Below, piece by piece: positions 51,805 through 63,413 of a stretch of DNA of 64,000 nt. The notes beneath the pieces were generated by a model. The model was not told the DNA's origin. It saw only the letters and a list, made by a program, of their open reading frames with translations, and searched no databases. The stretch covers positions 279,290 through 343,289 of the forward strand of contig MNCI01002112.1 of the NCBI GenBank assembly GCA_015680685.1. Reading direction: 5' to 3'. The stretch comes from Gnetum montanum (lineage: Eukaryota; Plantae; Gnetophyta). Numbering within the stretch: the first letter of the stretch is position 1; each line of letters starts with the position of its first letter. The position numbers and the translations under genes are program-made.

Positions 51805-52890
51805 ATGGATTCATTAGCTTCTGCATTTCCTCAGAGAAGTTCATCTACCTCACCTCAACTTGATTTTCTTTTACCGGATGATATTTTTGAAGCAATTTCT
51901 AAAGATTTCACATCTCGTTTTCTGTTTTTTCAAATTGTGGGGTTTTTACCACAGTCCCCAAGTTTAAACACTCAAGTCCATAGCCTCCTTCAACCCCATG
52001 GCATTCAGGTTTCTCATGCTCGTTACTACTCTCGTCATTTCATTCTGGTAGAATTATCTGATACTTCCCAGGTCGAAAAGGCTCTCTCTCAAAAAAATTT
52101 TCCAACTAGAAATGCAACCTTAATCGCACGCACTTGAAGTTTTGACTTTAATGTCAATAACCTAGATTTTAATATAATTCCTTGTTACATAGAACTGCCC
52201 AATCTTCCACTCATTTTCTCCTCTATTGAGAAGGACATTGTTAGCACCCTGGGCCCTTTTATTTCCGATCATTGTACGGCAGTCAATGGAACTCAAATTC
52301 GCCATTATTGTATTGAACTAGATATAGCCCTTTGGAAGACCTCATTAAACCTCGGTGCTGGTGGAAAAATCTTTACCCAAAAAGTGGACTATTTTTACCT
52401 TCCAAACTCATGTAGCTATTGTCACAGGGTCGAGCATCATATCTCGGTGTCTCCTATCCTAGCCAGGAAAAAACAACCTGTAGCCTCTCAGAAGACTCGT
52501 GTCCTAGTCACACCACCAGTAGGCCCATCCTCAGTATCCTTTAAATTCGAATCTCCTCCCCCAACAACTCCTAAATCCTCCTCTCAGTCTAGCTGCTCCA
52601 AGCTACAAAAACAACAGTTAGGTACTCACACCTCCACCTAGGTCATCCCTACAAACGTTGTCAAGAACTCATTCTCAGAGGATGAGTTTGTGGTGGCCAG
52701 TGGAAGGAAACGAGTCAAAGCTTCCCTTCGTTCTACTTCTCCCTCCAACTCCTCTTCACTAGACACTTCCATGGCCCTTGTCCCCACCAACAACTCCTTT
52801 GCCCTCCTGTCAGGAACAAAGGAAACTGATACTTCGACTCCCAAACCTTTTGTTGCCCTCCCATCCAACCTACCCCTGGTTTCCCCATGA
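51805..52890 (+). pseudogene. LINE ORF1 (RNA-binding/zinc-knuckle protein) with premature stops
   Basis: ORFs at 51769, 52384 and 52690 share a frame; CSYCHRVEHHISVSP is a degenerate CX2CX4HX4C; Ser/Pro-rich tail with TNNSFALL. Confidence 0.8.
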
Positions 52891-55800
52891 ATCTCCTTTC
52901 TTGGAATGTTCGAGGCCTTACTGATAGGCTTCGACGGAAGCGAGCAGGCAACTTTATATCTAGTCTTAATTTGACTTTTGATTTCATTCTCCTTCAAGAA
53001 ATTAAGATTTCAGCCGACTTTTTATCCTATTCCGCCCATTGGTTTCTTCCTCACTCCTCACTCCTAGTGACATCCCATGCAAGTGGGAAGGGAGGAGCGG
53101 CCATTCTCCTCTCACCCTACTGGAAAACTAAAATCCTTCAAAGCGGTTCTGATTCCGGGCATAGAGTTTCCTGGGCCACCTTCTCATCCCAACATGGCGC
53201 TTTTGGCATTTGCTCGATATATGCCCCAAATGACTCCAAAAAAAAGGCTCTCCTTTGGCATGAACTTGCAACTTCTCTCACCCCAATGCCTTGGATATTC
53301 GGAGGAGATTTTAATATGGTAGAATTCCCTCAAGATAAGCTCGGAGGGGCATTTCTTCAATTGCCCAATCTCGAGTATCAGGCTTGGTCTGCATTTAAGA
53401 AAAGATTTTACCTCTCAGACAGGGTAGAAAACTCCACGTGCATTCCCCCCCATAGATTTACTTGGAGCAATCTCTGTCTAGGGCAAGCTCGCATCTATAG
53501 CAGGTTAGATAGGTTCTATTTCTCCACCCTCTCCTTTTGGCAAGCTTTCTCTGCCACTACAATTCATCATCATGCCACCTTATCCAACCACTTTCCTATC
53601 TCCATATCTATCAAGATTCATGGTAGCCCTGACCGACAAAAATTTCATCTTTTCAGACTACAAAACAACTATTTTTCTTCCCCTACTGCCCAACTTCTTC
53701 TCTCCAACCTTTGTAATGCCGAACCTAGACCCCTAAATCAGACGGGTTGGATTAATTGGTGGCATCGTGCTTCATGTCGAGTGCGAAACTTCACTCGTTC
53801 ATATGGTAAGACCGTGGCTGCTCAAGCCAAACATGAATACAACAAAATTCACCTCACTATTGAACATCTCACTAACAAACTAGGTCAAGATCCCTTCAAT
53901 ACTCTAGTTCACGAGGAGCTAGCTAGAGCACACGTTGCCTTCTAACATTGGGAAGTGTACCGAGCACAAAGTGCCTAACTAAAAGTTGGGTCACTTGGTT
54001 AAATATTCAAGATGAACACTGTAAGGAATTTTTTAAATATCTTAATGCTGCTTCCCCTTCGCATGCTATTGACAAAATCTCATGTGAGGGTACCACCATT
54101 ACTAACCACAATAGTATCCTCTCTTTTCTTAAGAACCACTACGAAACCCTTTTTGCTGCTACCCCAATGGACATCTCTTCGTTCAAGGTTGCCACCCTTG
54201 ATTATCCTCGCCTTTTAATCCTACTATGCTTCAAAGCCTTGACACTAATATCACTCTAGCGGAGCTACAGGAGGCTTGTTCCAAGTTAAGTCGAGGAAAG
54301 GCTCCTGGTTATGATGGGTTTCCAGTAGAATTTTTTCAAAATCATTGGGATTTGGTTGGCAAGGATCTTTTGTAGGTCATTAATGAGGCTCTCTTAACTG
54401 GTTCCCTTGGGCCTAATCTAAATCAAGGGGTAATTTGTCTCCTCCCCAAGTTTGGGGATCTAACCAATATCTCCAATTCGCTTCCCATAACTCTTCTCAA
54501 TGTAGTGTATAAAATTTGGGCAAAGTGCCTTGCCTTACGGCTGAAAAAAATTCTCGGTCAGATCATATCCCCTCAGCAAACAGGATTTGTTCCTGGTAGA
54601 TATATTTTAGACAATGTGGTCGTAGCGTGGAAAGGTCTCAAGTGGGCTGAGGATGATGGACAAGATATTCTCCTAGTGAAACTAGATTATGCCAAGGCTT
54701 ATGACAACATTAAGTGGAATTTTATCTTGTAGACTATGACCAAACTGGGTTTTGGACCCAAGTTCTTGCATATGGTGAAATGCTTATTCACAGATGCTAC
54801 TGCAAGGATTTCCACTACCTTCGGCATTACCTCTCCCTTTCCAATACATAGGTCTGTGCGCCAAGGTTGTCCTCTCGCCCCCTATCTCTTTATCATTGCA
54901 TCAGACTTTCTTTGTCATCAAATTAACCTGGACATTAAAACTAAATTTCTCACTGGGGTTAGCCTTTCCTCCTCTCAACAACAGCTTCTCAATATGCACT
55001 TTGCCGATGACTCCTTTTTTCTAGTTCAAAACACAGCCACCAATTTGCACCGCCTCTTATCAAGGGTGGAGCAATATTGCACACTCTNNNNNNNNNNNNN
55101 NNNNNNNNNNNNNNNNNNNNNNNNNNNNNNNNNNNNNNNNNNNNNNNNNNNNNNNNNNNNNNNNNNNNNNNNNNNNNNNNNNNNNNNNNNNNNNNNNNNN
55201 NNNNNNNNNNNNNNNNNNNNNNNNNNNNNNNNNNNNNNNNNNNNNNNNNNNNNNNNNNNNNNNNNNNNNNNNNNNNNNNNNNNNNNNNNNNNNNNNNNNN
55301 NNNNNNNNNNNNNNNNNNNNNNNNNNNNNNNNNNNNNNNNNNNNNNNNNNNNNNNNNNNNNNNNNNNNNNNNNNNNNNNNNNNNNNNNNNNNNNNNNNNN
55401 NNNNNNNNNNNNNNNNNNNNNNNNNNNNNNNNNNNNNNNNNNNNNNNNNGCGTCCACCCATGTGTATTACTCTTCGTGTTGGGCCCCCTCCTAAGTTGCC
55501 TACCAGAAGCTAGAATGGTTATTCCGTGACTTTATGTGGTCCTCCAAGGACTCTAAAAAAGGCTTTCATCATGTTGCTTGGACTATTGTTACTCTTCCCA
55601 AGAATAACAGTGGCTTAGGCCTTTTGAACTCCTATAAGAAAGGAATTACCTTGGTTGCTAAGTGGTTGGTACAACATTTAGATGCTTCAAATATTATAGG
55701 GACCCTCCTCCAATTAAGGCTTCATCAAACATTTCCTAAAAATAAGCCCTTTTGGAAAGACATCCATTTCGTTAATTGGATTCTTTCCCCCCTCACTATC

Positions 55801-56900
55801 ATTCTTCCCGGATCTCATGTTTTCAAAAGCATTTGGAGGGCCTGGAAAATTGTACACACTCACATAGACTAGACTAACGTTAAAATCAACCCTACTATCC
55901 TCTCTAAAGTGTGTCCATGGTGGTTACCTTTGTCACCCGCTTCCCTCGCTATCACAAATGCTAAGGTGGCTACCTCGTGGTATCAAAAAGGTGTCATTTC
56001 CTTGAATTATCTTAGGTTGGCTAGACGTTGGATTTCAGGGGTCGAGTTTAACACTTTGTATGGGGAGTCGGCTGCAATGAAACATTGACTAGTTCAGATT
56101 TACTCTTTCCTCCACGGTCACTGGCACTTGGATGTTACAGTGCAAAGCCTTTTTCATGGCCTTCAATGGCTTAATGGGGTTAAACTCTTGCCCTATCGGC
56201 CATCTGTTCCCTTTCATCTCATGCACGACCCATCTGAAGTCATTCAACGTTGCAATAAATATTGGCACAAACAAGAGTCAGAAACATTTTGGATCCCTCT
56301 CTTCCAACTTATTTGGAAACTTCCGACCCTCCCCAAAATTAAGCAGTTCCTTTGGTGTCTTCTCCACCATGGTCTTCCTATCGGAAAACGTCTAGAATAT
56401 CTTGGGATTCCTAATCCCACTTGCCCTCTATGTGGTGGACAAGATGACTTTGTCCATGTGTTTTGGCAATGTCCCTTTGCTCAACATGTGTGGCAGTGGA
56501 CTTCTAAAGCTTTTCCATCCTACAAGCTATCTCAAGAGGATGTCATATTCAGATTCTTGAACATTACTTCTACTAATCTTAATTTTCTGTGGAAAGATAT
56601 TAGGCCTACTATTTTATATTATATTTGGAAGCGAAGATGCAATGTTCTATTTCAAAAGACAGAGTATTCTAACAAATGTTTGCTTACCAGGTTGGAGATG
56701 TTGCAGATCTTTTGCCTCACCTATTTTTAACTCACATCTCAAGCATCCAAGTTCAATCTGGACAGTCATCAATTGGTTCATCTCCTGCAGCTATGGGAAA
56801 GACCTATGTGTTTCAGTTACACTTCGCATCAGTAATCTCTGCAAGGAAGTTTTCCCTTTTATTATGTGGATTCACCATTGGCATTCCCTCTATCCTTAAT
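52887..56900 (+). pseudogene. LINE ORF2: AP endonuclease, reverse transcriptase, C-terminal zinc finger; stops, frameshifts and an assembly gap
   Basis: SWNVRGL, GGDFNMV, SRLDRFY, KLDYAKAYD, VRQGCPLAPYLF, HFADDS, CPLCGGQDDFVHVFWQC. Confidence 0.93.
55088..55449. other. Assembly gap (N run)
   Basis: Run of n characters. Confidence 1.
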
Positions 56901-59340
56901 TGAGAGCTCTTTGCCTCATCTAATTCTATGTCATTCTATTTTGTAAAAAGCTAGTCTATGCGAACATTTGGTTGTGCCCCAACTTGGGGTACCTCCTCTA
57001 ATACTCGTTTATTTCTAAGGTGTTTCCCGAGTGTCATTCAAGATGCTTTCAGTTTTCCCCTTCCCTTAACCCTATGACTTATTCAAGTTGTTGTAATTGA
57101 TGCACCTTTAATTTCAATAAAACTTCTTTTCGGGGTCCCAACACCCCCCACATTATGCAAGGGTGCCTTGAAGGAGGACTCATGCTTGTATTTGCAAGAA
57201 TAAAGTCGTGGAATTACTGCATTTTGCTTCATTTTATTTCTTTGTATGAATTATTCATTTACCTTTGGTCTGGAACTTTTTGCGTGTGTTTTAGTTACGC
57301 CAAAATTTTGCGTGAATTTTCGTCGAGACATACGGGCATTTTCTTCGGTAGCTGATTTCAAACTTATTTGCTAGTTGTACCGTGCAGTATGTACTATATG
57401 AGCTGGTTCTATCTATACGTTCGACACGGAGAATCCGGTACCATACGTATGGCTTGTTGGAAAGGATAGGTTAAATGATACCTACTGTTACAACATCCTG
57501 AGATAGTCATGTTTTTAGGATAGCTTATGAATTTCTCTTAAGTTGTCAATGTATGACTAAGCTTTGTAAAGAACACCACCGTGGTCATTTTCTTCCAACT
57601 AAGTAGCGTATTCACATATTACAACTCTGGCCATTTTCTTCTAAATATCTGCAATTTTTCGTATGGGTGTTTTTACATATTACTTGCACCGTTGAAAATT
57701 GTGTAAGAGATGGGTTAAACACATAGCTTTGATATGCAATTGTGCAAAATATTTTTGCAAAAACAATGAGGTGTTAGTTTAAGGGTAAGACTTAAAAGCT
57801 CTAAGTCATGGATTCAATTTTAGAGGGTAATGGTGAGTTATAAAATTTTAATTAAAAAACTATATATCTTGTGCAAAAATCGCACTATGAGCAAGAGTAA
57901 ATCTATGATTGCAATATAACTTTTAAAAAATAGTCAAAATATGTTGATCATGTTACTTGGCAAATTTTTTTATCTTCACTTTAAAAGAAAATGTAGCATA
58001 AAAGACAAAAAAGCACACAAGTTTGCAATTGTACCATTGACTTTTTTTATGTGAAATGTGCAGTAATTATTCATGGTACAAAATTGCCAAGTTATCATAC
58101 ACTTTCATATGTATGTGCCATAAGTATTGACCATGCCTCTTCCTACAATAATTTACATTTGAAGATGAATTATTTTTAAAAAATATTAAAATATAATTTA
58201 AATATATGATAATAACATAAGTAAAGCAACAATTATAAAAGTTATAATCAAATTATCTATATATCTTAATAGTTATTCTACATGTTAATAAACGTAATGA
58301 TGATATCTTAATAAAATATTGGACATGCAAAGGTGGGATCTAGAGCTAGTTTGCCATCACAATAATAATTGATCTTTCAAAATTTCTTTAACTTATCAAA
58401 CCATGTAACCTTACAAAATTTACTTAACTATACACTTCAAGCTAAATATAATCATTAAACATAGCTAAATCTACAATTAAAATATATGTTTATAACAAGT
58501 TAAGACTTTATGGTAATCACATCTTTGATGTGAATTTCTTGTAAAAAAGAAAAAAAAGAAAGATACAAATTATAATCACTAGGGAAGTTCCTTGCATGGT
58601 GAATTGATACATATATCACATTTGTGGTAGAGGTATAGTTGGAAAAGGAATTTTTTTTTTTTTTTTTTTGTGTGTCATGGCTATGATTGAAAATTTGAGT
58701 AAAGGAAAAATTGGTTCATCAAAAATATGGTTGATAATTTCAGAAGAGGAAAAAGGCTTGCATTGTTTGTGATTGGAAATTTGCTAGTTTAGTGATATAT
58801 TTATAATATATATCTAGCATTTAGTTGAAAGAATCTCTTCCTTATGATAAAATTAACATTTTAAGTGAATTTTAATAATGAAACTAAAATTGAATTTTAA
58901 CTTTCATTCAGATCTCCTTGTATTTATTAAACCACACTATTTTTAAAATTCCTTTTAGGGAAATTTTTCCTATAACACTGTGTTTTCTAATAGAATGAAA
59001 TCTTTTACCTAGGGATTTTATAGTAAGGCCCTTACAAGTTCGGTAATGCTAAGTTATGAATTAGAAAAGGATTTTGTAAAAGGAATTCTCTTTGCTCTAA
59101 TATCATGTTGATATTTAAAGTTCACAAGAAGTGGTAAATTTAGTTCATTAATGATTTTTAATGAGATTATTAAATTTTGTCAAATGAGGATTTTATATCT
59201 ATGGCTTGGCTATTAAAACAAGCCAAACTATAAATGAAGATAGTTTATAAGCCATAGTAATAATAATGAAAGAGTATAAATATTTGAAGATGAACAAAAT
59301 ATAAATAAAGATATAGTAATGCATTGTGAGTCATAACAAT

Positions 59341-59479
59341 GAGGTGTTAACCTAGTGGTGTGAGTCTTGGCTTGGTAACCCTAGGTCATAGGTTTGATTC
59401 TACTAAGTAGTTGTTGATGTCAACCTTGCCCATGCTAAGCATGGGGCCATGATTAATAATTTTGATTTTAAAAAAAAAA
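59341..59479 (+). mobile_element. Possible decayed tRNA-derived SINE
   Basis: A-box-like TAACCTAGTGG and B-box-like GGTTTGATTC at tRNA spacing, with an A-run at the end; a weaker similar head lies at ~57768-57820. Confidence 0.4.
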
Positions 59480-60161
59480 TGTAACACCAAAAGATGACAA
59501 AAAACATTTAGCTTGAGCTCCAGCCTTGCCTAGTATTCAACAGATCCATCATCCCCATTCCAAAATCAACATCTATTAACTATTGTCCATCCTATTTTCA
59601 AAGTCATCTATAGTAGAAATATGTTATTTTCTACATAGGAAACCAAACCTTTTGCACCATATAGCTTACTTATGTTTCATGTGTAAATAATGTATTACAT
59701 ACTCTTCCAACCTTGTACAATTTTTTGGTTTCCATAATGAAACCTCACTTCCATAAGAGTTCCTATAATGATTTTTCATCCCTTGGTATACATTTTCAAG
59801 TACCTTCCATATTCATAATGTACCAATGATACATGGTCCTTCTAGGCACTACTTTATTTAATTTTAATATTTTTTTCCTTTAACCACTTCTACTCATATC
59901 ACATCCTCACTCATAATACTCCATGTTCATTCTAACAATGATGCCATCCTTAAATGACTCTTTAGAAAGCCAATGTCCACCACATTCCCATTTATTAGAG
60001 ACTTATCGTAATCCAAGAATTGAATTTTAAAAACTTTACAACCTTATTAGGCAAATCACAATTCCATTTTTCAAATTTACTTTTGTTCTTGTGCAAGCAT
60101 GATCTCAAATATTTAACTACTTTGAAATAGTTTTGACTTAAATGTAATCTTCCACCATGGT

Positions 60162-61806
60162 TGTAGCGACGGAAAACGTCGGCAGCTGGAAATACCGACC
60201 GAGGTTCCGGCGTACACAGTTTTAGCCACGGATCCGCGCGAGGGCTATGCTGGAGAAAGTGAATCCACGGCGCCCTGAACGGTCTTATCGATTAGACAGG
60301 GACTTACGGGCCAGTAAAACGATGAAGACTACAAATCTTTACGTACTACGATCTGATTCGAGGAATCGTAAAACAAGGGAAAAACGATGTAGGCGGATTG
60401 CAACGGTGATAATGCTAAACACGATAAAAGGAGGTTGACATAAGAGAAGCACATAGCTTCAAGATCTGCGCTATGACTTAAAAATGTATATTTTGTATGA
60501 GAAATTACACTGGGGAATCCCCGATTACAGGTTGTGAAACAAGCACAAAACAACAAGCAAAACGGTCTAAACAGAAGTCCGATCTACCTCGTGGGCTAAA
60601 GCTGAGATGCAAGGCAGGCCAAGCTTTGTCTACCGATCAATTGTTTCTGATTGATAGAGTCTTTTCAGTAGAACGATTACTCCTGTCACCGGTGCTCAAA
60701 GCAAACTATACTATGCTTCGGCTGTACGGTGATAATGTCAACGATTGCCAAAGCACTGTTCTCTGTATCTCTGCTCCAAAGTGCTAAGTGCTCTGGTGCT
60801 CAGAAATATGCTTTTTCTTCTCTGATTTCCCAACCACTGTATCTTTGTCAACTGAGGTATTTATAGGCCGCGACACTTTGTGAAAAAGGCGCAACCCTAA
60901 TGACGTGGGTCCCGGATATTGCGGGCCCTGTTGGCATGATCATTTTAAGTCAGACTGTGACTATGCACAACACACTTGTTCGCGTGTTGTGCGTGTGAAG
61001 AGCAGGTACATGCTGAGCGCGCTTTAATTGCTTTCAGGCTGTATTACACTCATTCGCGTTGTGTTGCGTGTATGAGTGTAATCTGGTGAAAAAACAATAA
61101 GCTCAAAATTGTTTTACGCTCACTACGCAACTGCGCGTAACAAAGTGTAAATAATGTGCAACTTACGCTCACTACGCAGCTGCACGTAACAAAGCGTAAA
61201 TAATGTGTAACTTACGCTCACTACGCAGCCGTGCGTGATGAAGCGTAAACAATGCATAACTTACGCTCACTACGCAGCTGCGCGTGATGAAGTGTAAATA
61301 ATGCCCAACTTTAATGATGACATACGCAATGGTACGCACCGCCGTGTAATGAGCGTAAAGACAAGTTATCCATGCGCCGCGAGAAAAAGTGTCGAACTGT
61401 TGTGCTTCTCTAGCCTTTGACTATCTTGGAGCTTATTACGCTCATTACGCTGTCGTGCGTAATAGAGCGTAAACTTGTCCTTGAACAAAAAGACTTAACA
61501 AAATACACAAGAAATCGCATATCACGCTGCTTAAGCTTCTCCCTGTGCTGAAGCAACTATCCTTCTGATGCCGGGCTATGTCGGGACACTTATCACGCTT
61601 AGCGTGATTACGCTATGTCACGTGATATGGCGTAAACAGCAGAAGCATAGAAAGATTAAGAATCCGCACAGGAAGTTGCGGACTTGATGTTACGCGCCTC
61701 TTGGCGTTGCTCTATCTTATTCCCCCTTCTAGAATGCTGAGATGCGCCCTTGCCTGAATTGCAAATCTTTGCCTGAGGCTGACTCACGATTTTTAATGGT
61801 GTTTCA
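60162..61806 (-). repeat. 3' LTR of E (1645 bp)
   Basis: TGAAACACC...CCGTCGCTACA termini, PPT CAAAGAGGGACCAT (61807-61820), TATAAATA at ~60865. Confidence 0.9.
61113..61308. repeat. 4 x 49-bp quasi-palindromic tandem repeat in the U3 of LTR E
   Basis: Unit CTTACGCTCACTACGCAGCTGCRCGTRAYRAAGCGTAAATAATGTGYAA at 61113, 61162, 61211 and 61260. Confidence 0.9.
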
Positions 61807-62921
61807 ATGGTCCCTCTTTGTGGACATTTGGAGGGCTTACCCGAAAGACGTCGACAAAGAATACGAAACACCGGATTGGTAGTAGCAAGAATAGTGCGCA
61901 TCCATGGCTACTCAAGCATTGCCCTGTTACCATGAAAGAGCAAAGCCGGAAGGTATGGGAGATAGAGGGATATAACTGGAAACAGGTTCGGGGGAGATGC
62001 AAAATGCGTTATGATGGTAGGGGCATGGAATACGCTGGTACACACAGAAATGTACGCTTATTCATGTCAACAGGAATGCTTTCAGACGAGTGTAGCACGT
62101 CAATATGAGTTTTCTCTGTTACAAATTGTAGCAGGAATGCATGCAAAAGGAGCGTTGCACATCACTTTCTGCGATGTCTCTGCTAGCATGAGTGTGGGAA
62201 ATGAATACTTGCGTATGTAGGTTTTGCGTATGGGAACCGGGTGGTGGGGATAAAGGAAACAAGAGTTAAGGGTAGTATTGTGCGAGGTATAGACATGCAG
62301 AGCTAAGTGGTCGGGCAAACCTGAGCAGCCATTTCAACACGCTGTTGTACTTCACCGCTCAGGTGGACGCACCTTTAGACGACATTCTCCAAGGTAAGTA
62401 ACCTGCAACCACAAAAGAAAATAGAGGACACCATTGCACATGCGAACAAGAGCCTAGGCTGTTGAGACGAATGCCGTTTGGTGTCAGATAGAGTGAATGG
62501 GCTGTAAAGAAGGAGCCAGAGCATGCGGGCGGAGCCGCCAATCCTGATGATTGGCGCTACATATCTTCGCCAAAAGGCATCAGACACAGTGCAGCTAACT
62601 GGTTGCACAAGGAACTGGCCAGATGAATCTGCGAGGCCGAAGTCTGATAGCGATGATTGGCGGAGATTCCAGGGGCTGTTGCTGACGAGGATTTCGTCAG
62701 GGCTCCGACTGGCGAGGCTAAACTCTCAGAGGTGGCACCACTACAGTGGGTGCGGTGGCGGCATCTCCGAGTGATTAGTAAGATGCCTCTTAGCTTATCC
62801 GAGAAATCAGTAGGATGCCAGTGGGGTGGCGACACTGGGACTATTTTAGTATCCCACCCCGTCTGCTGTGCAGCTGTACAAGAATGATCACGCTCACTTG
62901 AACATGGTAGCGATCTGTACA

Positions 62922-63376
62922 TCCCAGTTTTAAGTCCCGGTAGATTGCCGTTACTGGTTTTAAGTCTCAGCAGACCATGGTCCCAGTTTATAGTCCTGGC
63001 AGACCGAGAAGCGCTAGTTTTACGTCGTAGCGGATGGTGGTAAGGCTAGTTTATGGTCTCAGCAGACCATGCTGTGGATGTCAGTTTTATGTCATGACCC
63101 AAGGATAGATCTGTGCTGGTTTTACGTCTCAGCAGACGACTACTTACCTGTGCCAGTTTAGCGTCGTGGCGGATGCGTGCAAAAGATGCCAGTTTTTCGT
63201 CTTGGCAGACCTGTACAACACTGCCAGTTTTACGTCATAGCGGATGGTGACCACTTGCCAATTTAGTGTCATGGCGGACGCATACAAGGCATGCCAGTTT
63301 TACGTTGTAGCGGACAGTCAGTGCCAGTTTTACGTCGTAGCGGACGTGTGATGCCAGTTTTACGTCATAGCGGACG
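62922..63376 (-). repeat. Post-integrase array of E
   Basis: About 14 copies of GCCAGTTTTACGTCRTAGCGGAY (plus strand) with 6-20 nt variable linkers. Confidence 0.9.
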
Positions 63377-63413
63377 AATACTGCCATACCTGTTGTCGAC
63401 ACCGTAGATGCTG

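Larger units (their letters stand above)
51396..57148 (+). mobile_element. Near full-length L1-clade LINE
   Basis: Perfect 17-bp TSD CACATTATGCAAGGGTG (51379-51395 and 57149-57165), GC-rich 5'UTR, ORF1, ORF2, AATAAA at 57116. Confidence 0.93.
16508..57450 (+). pseudogene. Unidentified multi-exon host pseudogene broken by TE insertions
   Basis: Candidate exons: 16508-16612 joined to 39880-39934, 40192-40219, 48638-48761, 50429-50909, 51017-51085, and 51280-51395 joined to 57166 onward. They have AG/GT borders and read in frame across both insertion sites; stops and frameshifts are present. Confidence 0.5.

Noticed and set aside
55026-55529. ORFs spanning X runs
   Set aside because: Artefacts of the N gap.
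59341-59412. Functional tRNA gene
   Set aside because: The B-box is degenerate and there is no convincing acceptor stem; at best a SINE head.
57500-60160. AT-rich stretch as gene or DNA transposon
   Set aside because: No ORFs, terminal repeats or TSDs that I could support.
62922-63376. Repeat-plus-variable-linker arrays as CRISPR
   Set aside because: Repeats are degenerate, linkers are short and partly related, there are no cas genes, and all arrays sit at fixed positions in eukaryotic retrotransposons.
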